The notes beneath the pieces were generated by a model. The model saw nothing but the letters and a program-made list of their open reading frames with translations, ran no database searches and was not told the DNA's origin. A program made the translations under genes and the position numbers. Of a stretch of 64,000 nt of DNA, positions 46,973-59,450 are shown piece after piece. The stretch comes from the human T2T-CHM13v2.0 reference genome, Homo sapiens. The stretch lies in assembly GCF_009914755.1 (NCBI RefSeq), contig NC_060939.1. One strand, 5' to 3'. How positions within the stretch are numbered: the stretch's first letter is position 1; each line of letters begins with the position of its first letter.

Positions 46973-48607
46973 CTATCCTATTTTCTTTTCCTCTACATTT
47001 CATCCTATTTTCTGAGTCCACAATTAGAGGCATTCCACCCAAAGACGAATTCTCAAAGGAACAAATTCACACCAAGATTGAACCACAACCTCACCTGGCC
47101 TGCACAATGCCTTCAATTGTTTTTCTGGCTTGCATTTTCCCCTCTTATATTAATAGAGAAAAAAAGAGCATTCCAGGGCCATGAGCCCTCTTGAGATGTT
47201 GAGCTTGAATGATTGGGAAGATGATAGCTCCTCATCCAGATATGGAGTATGGAATAGGAAAGAGGGTTTGGGGGGTGGGACAGGAAGTGATATGTTCTAT
47301 CCATAACACATTGCACTTGAAGCACCTGCCAAAATATCCGGGAAATGGGAGCCTGGAGGTGAGGGTCAAAGGCCAGACTTAGGTGGCATAAAGAATGACT
47401 TGGAATAAATTATTGTGGAAGGTCTACAGGAGAAAATTATTATGGGAGGACAGGGTGTGTATCATGGTGAGAGAAGAGGGCCAGGGATCTCGTGCACAGT
47501 GTGCTTAACCTTCAAATTGCAAGGACTTCCCACTGTGACGCAGGCCTCAGTTCTACACAGCTGCTCTTCAAGACCACTCCCACTACTGTGCCTCCCCACC
47601 ATTCCTGAGTATTCTCCACTCCCAGAGCCTGATGACTTTCCCTAAGCTCCCACCTTCAGTACACAGATTGGCCTTTATCTCAAAGGCAGAACTGGTATTT
47701 GGGTACCATGGCAGATCTGTTGGGGGAGTTTTTTCAGATTTTCCTGATTCTGGCCCCTGGTGGAGAAAAATGATCTGGGGTAAAGTTGCAGCCTGCCTGA
47801 CCCATGCAGGAATTTATCCCTTAACTTGGGCCTACTAATCAGCACAATTACCTCTGAACACTAAAATAACAAGGCTTTCTGATCACTTTACCATTGCCAA
47901 GTTGTATTTACAAATGTCATCATACTTTATTGTATCAACCATTATATCAGTCATGGTATGCTAGGTTTTGCTGCAGTAACAAACTCAAATCTCAGTGGGA
48001 GATTTGATGCTGTACATTCAAAGAATGGTGGGGGTGCTTACAGATCACAGTCCTCTGAGACCCAGGCTAACCAAGGATTCCACAACCCTAGCACCAGTGG
48101 GAAGGAACACGATGATTTGTACATTGAGTCTTAAAGCAGCTACCAGCTTTAAAAAAAAAAAAAATTTAAAAAGAGAAGTCACATTCCATTTGCCACAGCA
48201 AGTCACCTGGCCACATTTAACTTCAAAGGGAGGGGAAGTGAAATCTCGTCCCTGAAGGCGAATTGGTGAACTTGAGTCATGATTACCACAACCATGCCCT
48301 CTAAAATCATTATAGCCACATGACAGTTGAAAAACTCAGACTAGTAAGTCACTTTTCCAAGTCACACAGTCAGGAAGTTAGCACAGCAAGGCTCCAAGTG
48401 CACATTTGTTTAACTCTAAAACCAATGTGCCTTTCACAACCTGATGTGCTGTCTTCATGAAACCGTTATCCAGAAGAAAGTTCTTATTAGCTTCAAGGAA
48501 ACTTCAGATGCTGACAAGTAAAAAGTTTGACATGTGCAATTAACTTAATCAATCAAAAAGAAACAATGTGTTCCTGTTTTCTTTCCTTTTGCAATTACCT
48601 GTTTTTA

Positions 48608-48765
48608 GAAGGAAGGAAAGAAGGAAAGAAAAGAAAGAAAGAAGGAAAGAGAGAAGGAAGGAAGGAGAAAAAGAAAAGAAAGAAAGAAAGCAAAAGAAAA
48701 GAAAGAAAGCAAAAGAAAAAAAGAAGAGAAGAAAAGGAAAAAGAAAAGAAAGGAAAGAAAAAGAA
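48608..48765. repeat. Polypurine (A/G) low-complexity tract
   Basis: ~158 bp almost exclusively A and G. Confidence 0.95.
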
Positions 48766-49992
48766 ACCAAGCCTTTTGGCCCACCCTTTGACCTACACCA
48801 CAATATCTGATTGCATGTCAGGGTGATTTGGTTTCTTTCCCATTGTGTGGTATTTTCCACTCACAGGACTGGGTCAGGAGAAGTTTGTATCTTAATCTAC
48901 ACGCTTGTTCTTGCTCATGTTTGCCTCTGCTTGATCCCATACCCTTCATTCATCCTTTGGAATGTTCCCGTGACAACGGAAGAATGGCAATATAGCTAGC
49001 CAGAAAAAAGGGACGGACCAAGAACAGACCAACTTCTCTCAGACTGAGGATGCTAATGGGGAAGGCACAGGACATGAGAGTGTTTTCTCCCCATTTTCCC
49101 CCTTGAGAGAATTCAGCAGTTAGTGAGTGTCAAGCCTGCTCTGCAGATGAGGAAACTGAGGCTCAGCAGGGTTAAGCCACTGCTCAAGGTCATAAGGCTA
49201 GTACCCAGATGAAAACCAGCTGCTATTATTTTTTCCTGAATCACTGCTTCGTTTTCTGTCCATTCCACTCTGCAACCTTCCATCTCTCCTCCTAGGAAAC
49301 CTGCGCCCAAAGCATGCAGCCAATGCAGGGCTCCTCTGCCTCCTCTGATGTCTTCCACCTCCATGTGGCCTGCTTGCTGGCAGATACAAGGATAGGTGCA
49401 GCTCTTTACAATGGAGACATTGAGATGAGGTGGCCACTGTAGGGCTCAGGCTGCTGGGGCCTGGAGGTGGGAGCTGTCCCAGTGCTATGGAAGAAATGCT
49501 TCTCAGGCCTCAAAACTGTTCCTGAACAAACCCAAGGTTCATAGAAGATGAATTCTGGCAAGAGGCTGAGTTCTGGAAAGCGGCATGAATAGTAGCAGAG
49601 ACTGGGGTCCACATTGCTGGGCTAAGCTTTGGGACAAGCCCATGAGGGAAAACCCACAAGGCTTCTTCTTAACTCCAAAGAAGAAAAATAATAACCTGAT
49701 TAGATTAAATATGCTTTGAGCCGGGAAGATCCTTAGCTTTAACATGTATGATATTTGGAATTCAAGATGTCCTAAGTAGTTTCCATGGCTATTTCTGACA
49801 GCCTGAAGCCCCTGGTTTTCTCCACCCATGGACTTCCAAGGGACAGGACAATGGGGAGGGGGCTCACTGGAATAGCTCAAGGCCCACCAGATGGGTTCCT
49901 ATTTCTGATTGACCACATTCTCACGGTGTGAATGTCTGCAACTCATTTTTTCCCCTGGGCCTCTGTTTTTTAATCTGAATAAGAGAAAATAG

Positions 49993-50358
<366 letters not shown>

Positions 50359-51560
50359 TTAAATAAAGAAAGATGAACTTAGGAAGAAGCTGGTCCTGAA
50401 CACTGATCCTGTAGCTTCTGGATGAACACCTAATACCAGAGGAATAGAGGAGCCATTTCAGGGTCACCCACTCAGGTGTTCTCTCATCCTACCCAAGTCA
50501 ACAAACAGCAGCTCTATCAATGTCTTCATGACTCAAGACACATCGTGGGGAGTTTTGTCTGTAAGCCATGATGTGGCACTAGAGCTGCATGGTAATTCTC
50601 TGCATTACAGGGAATAAAAGAAGCTATTCCAAATGCAGCTTGAAATTTTTAAAAAAGAAGTCACATACTTCTCTGAGTATGTCATCTTTTCCCAGATGGA
50701 TCCAAAACGAGCCACATAATTTCCCTGTTGCAGAGTTTCTGAGAGATTCGTGGATCTGAGAACTGGAAGGGGCTATACAAGTTGGTGTGAGCCCGTCCCA
50801 TTCTCTCCCAACAGGTATAATTAGGTTCTTGCCATTCCATAGGGGAGGCGACTGCAGTTTGGAGGTTGGTGACTTCTACGATGGGATGGCCAGAGAGCAA
50901 TGGCGGTGTAGTGTTTGGGGGACTGACTGCTTTCTTTTATGACACCAAACTGCTGCTCATAAGCAAAAGTGTCCACCATCACACACAGAGTGGTGAAAGG
51001 AAACACTAAAAGAGAAAAAAAAAAAAAAGGAACGTGGGACCCAGGAACACTCTGGCAGCACTGTCTGGTGAGCCGCTACAACTAGCACATAGTAGGTGGT
51101 CTGTGTGCTGAAGAGAGGCAGGATGAAGGTGAGTGAGGCAAGGCAAAGCCATGAACTTGGAGACCGTGTGACTTTGTCGTTTGTAGTGCCCTGGTTTTAT
51201 ACATAAGCCATATCTGGCCAGTGTTCATTGGATATGCCCTATCTCTGAGATTTTATAAAAATTAATTCATTCAACAAGAAAGCCGGTTTGCTGAAGAGGG
51301 AAAATTGCCAACAAGGCCAAGGTGACAGCAATTTCAAGCACAATGTAAGCTGATTAGCCTCAAACAGAGAAGCTGCTTCCTGGCTGAGCTCTCCCACCCT
51401 GCTCCAGTTGTCTTGGAGATTTGCAGTCCTGGTCACAAGGGGTACCAGGCGGCAGTGTGAGCAATGGGTGAAGGACAGGACCTCATTATGAGAGTCTCCC
51501 AGGAAGGAAAAGGCAGACGCAGGATATTCTTTCAGAATGATGGATTTGCTTAAGTTTGCA

Positions 51561-51566
51561 TTTATT
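51561..51566 (-). terminator. Candidate polyadenylation signal for CT62
   Basis: First AATAAA I found on the minus strand downstream of the CT62 stop. Confidence 0.5.
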
Positions 51567-52433
51567 TTTTTCATTACAAGAGAATTGTGGAATGATGCTT
51601 TTGCATTACCTTTTTTGAAAAATAAGAAATGTTCTTTTTCTCCCTCTCCCTTTGGAAAAACACAGATCTGATTACGTCAGTCCCTGCTTAAACCCCCTTA
51701 GAGGCTTCCTCTTGCTCATTTGAAAATGACAGAACTCATAAAAACGGCCATAAGCATCACTGGCATTGAATGGAATTGCACAGCACTCCTTTCTCAATTG
51801 TTAATAAAATGACATACTTCCATATCAGCTGATCAACAGCCACTACGTCAAGCTGTCCCCTACTTCTTCCACCCTGGGAACACTGGGCCTCCCCAAGGCC
51901 TCCAGGACAGCAGCGGGCTCCAGGGCCTGCTCTAGCCAGTGTCCTGTATCTGCTCTCTTTTGTGGACTCTGAAGCCACACAGCCCTTCTGCTCCTGGAGA
52001 GTCCCCTGCCTTCCTCAGGGTCTTTGCAAAGGTGTTTCCTTCTGTCTAGAACAGTCTCCCACGCTGTCCCCTTTGACTTTGGGTGACTTTTCTCATCCTT
52101 CCTTTAGTCGTTCATAGTTGGCTTCAATAAATGAAGGATAGACGGGAAAGTGACTGATCAGCCATGCTTGAGAAGAGGAGGCCCTGGGCGTATGCCGTAG
52201 ATCTCCATTGTCTAGGCCTAGTTAATCATCGCCGGAAGAAGAAAGGGAGGCTGTGGACTGGAGGCTGCCAGCCCCGCCTTCTCCTTCTGTCTGCATGTCC
52301 TAAGGAGAAGCAGCCTCGGATCCGGGTGATGCCTCTTGGCTGTGAGTATTATCATTTGCAAAGAGGAAAAGGGGAAATAATCTGAATATCTGGGATTCCA
52401 AAAGTTGTCTTGTACCAGGTAACAAGAACCTTC

Positions 52434-52709
52434 CTATCTCCTCTGACCAGATGTGGGGTGAGAAAGAGGATGAGAGCAAGTGTGAAGCAGAAAAGGGAAA
52501 GAGAAGGAGATAACCTGAAGTGTGGCCTGAAGACTCCCTGACACTTCATGGGAATCCTTGACATTCCGTCTGGAAACCATTTTGCTCATGTCCTCAGAGC
52601 TGTGGCTGCAGAATTTTCTCTTGCCCAGTTGTGGGTTACAGGTCAAGTAGAGAGTCAGCCCCAGGCAAGGGCACAGGAACTCAGACTGTAGGTCAGCATT
52701 CCAGAGTTC
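52434..52709 (-). CDS. CT62: CT62 (cancer/testis associated 62) ORF, last coding exon; true coding status doubtful
   Basis: Acceptor TCCTTTTTCTTCCTCCTCCAG|GAA at 52710/52709; reads ELWNADLQSEFLCPCLGLTLYLTCNPQLGKRKF...PTSGQRR* (91 aa); joins in phase 0 to the upstream exon to give 136 aa; peptide recognised from memory. Confidence 0.8.
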   Translation of the reverse strand, partial: ELWNADLQSEFLCPCLGLTLYLTCNPQLGKRKFCSHSSEDMSKMVSRRNVKDSHEVSGSLQATLQVISFSFPFLLHTCSHPLSHPTSGQRR

Positions 52710-53430
52710 CTGGAGGAGGAAGAAAAAGGACTGGGTTAAGGAGGCAAGCAGGGGAGGGAATCTACCCTGAGATTTTTAGAAACAGCTCAAAATAACAGCA
52801 AGTTGACCAACTCTCAAAGTGTTTTGTTTTGTTTACCATGCCTCCCTTATTTTCTTATTATTTGCTGGGCACAGGCTTGCCTTGACTTTACAGTCTGCAT
52901 AAGTTTACAACCAGGAAAATGAAAGGAACAATTTTACAAGCATCGTGATGGATCCTGGTACCTCCTTCAGAGCTTGAAATTAGGGGTTTGAATGTAGGTC
53001 CATTTTCATCCCACTTCCAAATGCTAGCAACGTAGGGAATTATACGGGGGTTTCCTTTCCTGCTGGGACACAATTCTCTGAAGCACAGTTAGGATGAAAA
53101 CACGAGGTTTGTAAGAGCTGAGAGCAGTGTTTTTCAAAGTGCAATTTTCAGAACTCTAGGCCCAAGAGATGTTTCGCTGGTAAAAGGATTCCACGTCAAA
53201 TACATTTGGGACACTCTGCATCATCTCTCCCCTCTCAGGCAATCTCAGTGCTTATAAGTAAGAAAACTGTGTTCCCCATAAGTTTCCCCCCAAAGGGTCC
53301 AGCTGTCCTGCATTGCCTTCCTGTAATCTGTTCACACGTTGCTCTTATTCCAGTTCCACATGCCCTGAACTCCCAGAAGGTTGCTCTCAGCAGTGAGCCA
53401 TTCATTCCTCAGAGATTTGGGAGCCCTCAC

Positions 53431-53565
53431 CACGTGCAGACGCTGTGCTGCAGGCTGGGAACCACAGGAGAAATGGCTGAATGTTCTGTGGGTGTGGCTG
53501 TAGGCAGAGGGCTGATCAGTGAGGTGGGGTGGTGACAGTCTTCTATAGGATGTCGTATGCATCAT
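53431..53565 (-). CDS. CT62: CT62 ORF, first coding exon (predicted exon 53577-53431)
   Basis: MMHTTSYRRLSPPHLTDQPSAYSHTHRTFSHFSCGSQPAAQRLHV (45 aa); donor GTG|GTGAGG at 53431/53430; acceptor CCCCCTTCATTCTCTTGTCCTAG| at 53578/53577. Confidence 0.8.
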
Positions 53566-53685
53566 TTATCAACTTAACTAGGACAAGAGAATGAAGGGGG
53601 GTACTATTAATAATTAATTAATAATTATAATAGGACAACAGGTGTAAGCTAGAGCTGTCTTACATAGACAGAACTGACACATGAC
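53546..53685 (+). mobile_element. MER94-like MITE overlapping the CT62 acceptor and ATG
   Basis: ATTTATC...GAGAATGAAGGGGGGTACTATTAATAATT...GGACAACAGGTGTAAGCTAGAGCTGTC is collinear with the copy at 35305-35437. Confidence 0.6.
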
Positions 53686-54179
53686 AGAAGAGTTATGTTT
53701 CTTGTCTGTCCCTTTAGGAGCTGCCTCTAGGGCCAGTGGATAATAATTACAGGGCAAAAGGTTTCAAGTCAAAATTAAAAGGGAATTTCTAACAAAGAGC
53801 CTCTAAGAACAATGTGGCTATTTTATGAGGTAGTGAGTAGCTCACCACATCAGATATGCAAAGGGGTGACCCACCCTCCAAGATGCTGTGTATAGCTGAC
53901 ACTGACATGCCAGGCAGGCCCCCAGCCTAGGTAAGCACAGGCTAGCCTTTGACTGTGATCTGAAGCACATATTCTTGGCTCTCTCTTTCGGTGAGGGTCA
54001 GTAAGCTATTTTATATGCAAGGACCACATTCTGCTCTTCTGATTCATACGTGACAGACACATTTGGATAAAAGCAGAAATATAACAGGACTGAAAGATTA
54101 AAACTTGCTGTCTTAGCATACTTAATATTCACTGATGCTTACACATAATGTAAATATCTCTTTGTTTAAAATGAGTATA

Positions 54180-54498
<319 letters not shown>

Positions 54499-56656
54499 TT
54501 ATCTTGACTTTAAAGAAAGAGACTTTCTTGTGACATATAAGCAAAATATGGTCAAAACAATTTGACCAAGGTTGAAAATGGACTGGAATCACTTCTAAGG
54601 AGCCAGCCTAGGTCTGTCGAATCAAGTTTGCTCACTAATAATCATACTTTGGTTATGTCGGATGTTAACATTAGAGGAAGAGGGTGGGGGATATAAGGGG
54701 ATTCTTTGTACTATTTGTGAAACTTGTCTAAAATTATTTCAAAATTAAAAAATAACAAACAAAACCACATCCTTTGCTCCTGAGCCCTGTTCGCCCCAGA
54801 CATTATGTGATGAACTCACTCCGTTCTTTAAGATCCAGCTCTGCAGAGCATCTCAGATTCCCTGTCCTGAGGCAGGTACTCCTGTATGAGCTCTTAAATA
54901 CTTCTGCATTTACCTACCACCTACTGGTATGGTTTTCTGACTATATTTCATCTTCTTCGCCTCACGTGGAGTTTCTTTTAGAATGGAAAGTTTTCTTCCT
55001 TTCCTCTTTGAATCCTAGCACCAAGGCCACACTCGGCACTGAATACCTGTCTCGAATGAATGAATAAATCAATCTTGTTTGAACAAATCTTATTAGTTTT
55101 GCTTTTTTAAAATTATGGTAAAATGTACATAACATAAAAATTTCCATTTTAACCATTTTTAAGTGTATAATTCAGTGACATTAAGTACATTCTAAAGTTG
55201 CGCAGGTTTTTTTTTTTAAATCAGTTCTAAATGGTTTAAACTGGCCAGTATTTACTAGAGCTGTTAGATCGACTTAATTTGGACCCATGAGACTCGTGAC
55301 ACTCAGAATTAATCTAATCCCATTTACACCAGGTGCCTCCCATCAAAATCTGTTTGATCAAGTGTGGAATTATTTCATCCCATTGGAACCAGCTCTTGAA
55401 TCAATCAGAACTGGCTCTGCCAGGCTCCGGGCCAGTAGTCGGTGCTCAAAATGGTGTTTCTTTCTTTGGCCTAATCTCTTGAGTAGCCTCTTTCCCTTTT
55501 GTTAATTTTTTTTTTTTTCTGGAGGACAATCTTCCCTGGGAGCTCCCTTCTGCTCCCACGAAGCGCTCTGCACCCAGCCCTGGTGCTGCCTGGCTCTGGG
55601 GCAGGGAGCTTGCATTCTGCCACCTCCTTCATTGTCCTCTCGGTATACCTGCACTTTCAAAACAACCCCTGCAGGCAAGCTTTAGAGGCAGCGATAAACA
55701 AACAGGCTGACTGAAATTTAGGGAAACGCCTGTATCTGGACAGCCTCTTCAAATATTTGTCACCCCCTCCCTGCTCTGGGGAAAGAAGAGACAGTTCCTC
55801 ACAGTCACTCTATTTCCTGCCTTCCCAGCTCTGAACACCTTGGCTCGAATGTAAAGAATTTGGCTCTGAATTAGGACTCAAGAAACGGGGCCCTAGCAAT
55901 TTTCCCTCCATTAACTAAACGCGTCACTTTGGTCATGCCCTTTTGGGGGCAATAATTTCCCAATTCGTAAAATGAAGGGATCAAAGTTTGATTTTTATCA
56001 TTACTAATGAGAAGAATTATTATTTTTTTGCAGCAGGCTTTTTTTTCCCCAACAAAATATTACTCTGAATAAGACAAGAAAGAATCCCGAACGGCTCTGG
56101 CCGTCAGGGTGTGTGTGTCTCCTCCCCATGCTGTCTAACCCCCGTTGGAATTTGGAGGGCTCTTGTCCTTTCCCCTTGGCCTCAGAAGGAGCCCAGCGCG
56201 TCCTACCTTGCGTGGGAGTGTGTGTGTGACCAGGGCTCCTTCCTGCCCTTAGAGTCACCGCCCCCTTCTCGCACAGGTTTACAGCACCACTTGCCTCGCC
56301 CACTCCCCGCTTTGCCTCCGCCCCATCCTGATGCTGCCGGAATGGCTGTTCCAAATGGAAGGATGCCCGCGTCCGTCCCCTGCCCCAGTCCTTCAACAGG
56401 TCCCCACAGACCTCAGGATAAGATGAACGCGGAATTCAGGGCCTGGTCTCAACCGCCCTCTCCCTTTTCCTCTCACTTAGACGACCCTGGCCAGCTGGGC
56501 CACTCTCCACTCTCGCCCCCTCCCGCCCTCGTGGCCTCTGTCTAGACCGTACTCCCTCCTACTGGGTGATGTCTCTTCCCCTGGGACCCAGGGACCATCC
56601 CGTTGTTGACCTCCGGGGTCAGGGGTGCGGATGGGGGCCGGCCCTTCCCGCGGTCG

Positions 56657-56671
56657 CCGCCAGGGGGCGGC
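56657..56671 (+). promoter_or_regulatory. Strong CTCF-like motif
   Basis: CCGCCAGGGGGCGGC matches the CTCF core consensus. Confidence 0.6.
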
Positions 56672-56754
56672 AGGAGCGGCTCCAGATGACAGCGGGAGGC
56701 CGCAAGAGGGGAGGGAGGAAGGACCGAGGGAGCGCGGATCCCGCTCTCGGATCG

Positions 56755-56981
56755 CAAACTCTGAGCCAGAGCTCTCCGCGCGCGCCTGAACCGCTGGCCG
56801 CCCGCGCAGCCCGACGCGGAATCGGGGCACAGCGGGAGCCCGTGCAGGGCGGGCGCGGGGCGGCTGGGCGGCGGTGGCGGCCGTCCATGCGGCGGCGCTC
56901 GGGGCTGCCCGGCGCCGGGAACCACGCGGGGGCGAGGCGAGGCGAGGCGGCCGCCGGTCGCTCCGGGACGCGGACCGCCAG
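56755..56981 (+). other. THSD4: Probable 5' UTR first exon of THSD4 (start approximate); the rest of the window would be intron 1
   Basis: Strong donor CAG|GTGAGC at 56981/56982 inside the CpG island; gene identity inferred from remembered adjacency to CT62; no THSD4 coding sequence is in the window. Confidence 0.7.
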
Positions 56982-58899
56982 GTGAGCAGAGCCGCGCGCC
57001 CCGCGTCCCCTGCGCGCCGCCCGCGCGGCCCCGACCCGGCTTCCGCTGCCCAGGCTCCGGCTCCCGCTCTCTGGCCGGCGGGGCGGGCTGGCGCGGGCTA
57101 CCCAGTGGGTGTGTCCGGGGCGCCGCGGGCTGCGCCGCTCCGGGCTCGGGGAGCCAGCGCGCGCCTGGTCCGTGCGGACGGCTGCGCCTCCTTCTCTGGT
57201 TCTCTTCCTTGCTGGGAGTCTTGCTCTGTGCTGGCGCCGGCGCTCATCCCTCCACCCTCGACTCTAGGGACAGTCTTAAACTCTAGGGACAATCCACCTC
57301 AGTCGTCCCCGGGTCGGGGCCCCGTGCTCCCCGGGTCGGGTCGGAGGGGACCGGCGAGTGCACACCCAGCCCGTGCGCCCCCCACCTCAGCCTCGCCTCC
57401 CTCCCGCCTGGGGCCCGAGAGCCGGGCAAGTCTCGGTCAGCGCTCCTTGAGTCCTGGCCTGGGGCCTCGGATCTGTGTGTCTGTCTGTCTCAGTTTAGTT
57501 GCTGCAACCCAGCGAGCGCCTGGAGCCCGAGTGGATGGGTTGTTTCCGCCAACTCTGGACACTTCCTCAAGTGCAGCCTAAGTACCTGCGGCCCCTTGGC
57601 GCACTTACAGAAGTAGCTTTTGCACAGCGAGCTCACCTTGGAGCTCTACAGATCTGGAAGTTAAGTTTTCTTTTTATTTGAAATAACATCAGCCCTCACT
57701 TGGGAAGGGGATTTTAGGGCGTTCTCGGGCCCACCTAAGTATCTGGAATTTGTGGTCTAGTAAGTTTTTTAAGCAGTCCGCACCCAGCACCGTACCTCCC
57801 AGCCTCCTTTGCCGTCTTACTAAAAGTGCATGCTTGCTTCTCTTCCTGTCTCCTTTGCGATCTCTACCACGCTGCGCTTCGCCCTTTTCGGGCTATGAGT
57901 CTAAAGCTTGGACGTGGGTAGCAATCATTGGATGCCTGTTGGAATTTGGAATTAGAGAAATAGATACCCGAGAGAGATCTAAGGAATCGCCTTGTCCAAC
58001 CCTCCTTTCACAGTTGGAGGCACCCAGGACCCATGACAGTCTGAAGATTTTTCAAGGATCACACAGCTTTTAAAATCCGGGTGTCTTCTACTTGATTAAT
58101 ATTGTTGGAGGTGATGGAGTAACTGGGCTTACTAGGGTCTTACTGGGTCTCAATATACAAAGAAGCAAACATTTTAAAAATGTGACTTAAAATACGGAAC
58201 TCTTCAATTCCTATAGATTTTTGTTGGCATCATAGTTGAATTCCTTTAGAAAACAAAATCCTAGCCCTGAAATTAATGTGAGGAAGCAAGCAGATGGGCG
58301 TCCTGGGACTTTCCTATAAATCTCTGCAGGGCTGGAGCAGGGATTTCCCAGAGGTCTGGGCCTGGGAAATGAGTTTGGGTGATCAGGATACTGGAGCCCC
58401 TTCTGAATAAGCAACTGGGTTGGTTTCTTGTGGGGAGGCTGGCCAGTGGAACTCATGTGATCTCCTCTGTGCCCAGCACTGGGCGGGGCACCAGCTTGGC
58501 ATTACCTTCTTTTTAGTCTCCTATGCCATAAAGAAATATTTCTTACTGGCTGTTAGCGAAAGAAAAATACAGCCCAGAGTTTGGGAGGAAGATCAGGGGT
58601 GGGGAGATTTTTGACTTGGAGTTTGTTTTTGTTTTTGCCTCGAAAAACTTGTGGAGATTGCAATCAGTTATCCTACACAGAGGCTGTGTATTGCCGTCTT
58701 CTCCATCCCCCACATTTCTCTCCATGGTACCACTTTTATCCTAATTGCTGGGAGTCTCAATGTTTAAATGTTCCCAACACTCCCATTCTGTCCCCCACAT
58801 TTATAGCTCATTCATCGCAAAATCTCTTCCACATTCTTTTGTGATATCTGAGGAATTATTTACCTGTCTCCATTCCCACTGCCCCCACCTTCAACCATG

Positions 58900-59450
58900 T
58901 CCAAATTACAGTAATAATCTCCCCTCTTGACTCCCAGCCACGAGTTGCTTTCTTCATTTTAATCCATCTTCTTTCATGCTGATAGATTAATATTTCTGAA
59001 ATTCTGATTTCACCACATCATTTCTCTCAAGAAATCACAATGGCTCCCCAGTATTCACTTCTATTTAATTTATCTCCAACAGATATTTCTGAGCGTCTGC
59101 TATGTGCCAGGGACTGTTACTATGTGCCAGGGACTGTTACTATGTGCTGGAGCTTACGCTATGAACAAGACAATATCATTGCCTTCAGGGAGTCCACAGG
59201 CTAGCAGATGATAAATAACCACCCAGGGGAGAAAGGGAAGTAAAGAAATAACCGCAATACAAGGGGGATGTGCAAAACATCAAGGAGATGCGAATGAGGG
59301 AGAAATTGATTCTGCATGGGAGGAGCTAGGGCAGTTACCACTGGGCTTTGAAGCCTAAGGAGGAGTTCAAGGAGATGGGAAAGGCTGGTGGGGAGGGAGG
59401 ACAGGCCAAGCAGAGGAAAGAGCTCGAGGAAAGACTGAAAGATAGGAAAG
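58900..59450. mobile_element. L2 fragments
   Basis: ATATTTCTGAGCGTCTGCTATGTGCCAGG, TGAACAAGACA, TGCCTTCAGGGAG motifs. Confidence 0.65.

Larger units (their letters stand above)
56090..57600. promoter_or_regulatory. CpG island, probable bidirectional promoter (THSD4 plus, CT62 minus)
   Basis: Abrupt GC-rich, CpG-dense segment (core ~56600-57470), several GGGCGG boxes, no TATA box seen. Confidence 0.92.

Noticed and set aside
48527-48860. Lys/Arg/Glu-rich and Phe/Leu/Ser-rich ORFs
   Set aside because: Translations of the polypurine tract
56477-57581. Several long overlapping ORFs (117-235 aa) in the CpG island
   Set aside because: Ala/Arg/Pro/Gly-rich products expected from stop-poor GC-rich DNA; mostly non-ATG starts; the longest crosses the splice donor
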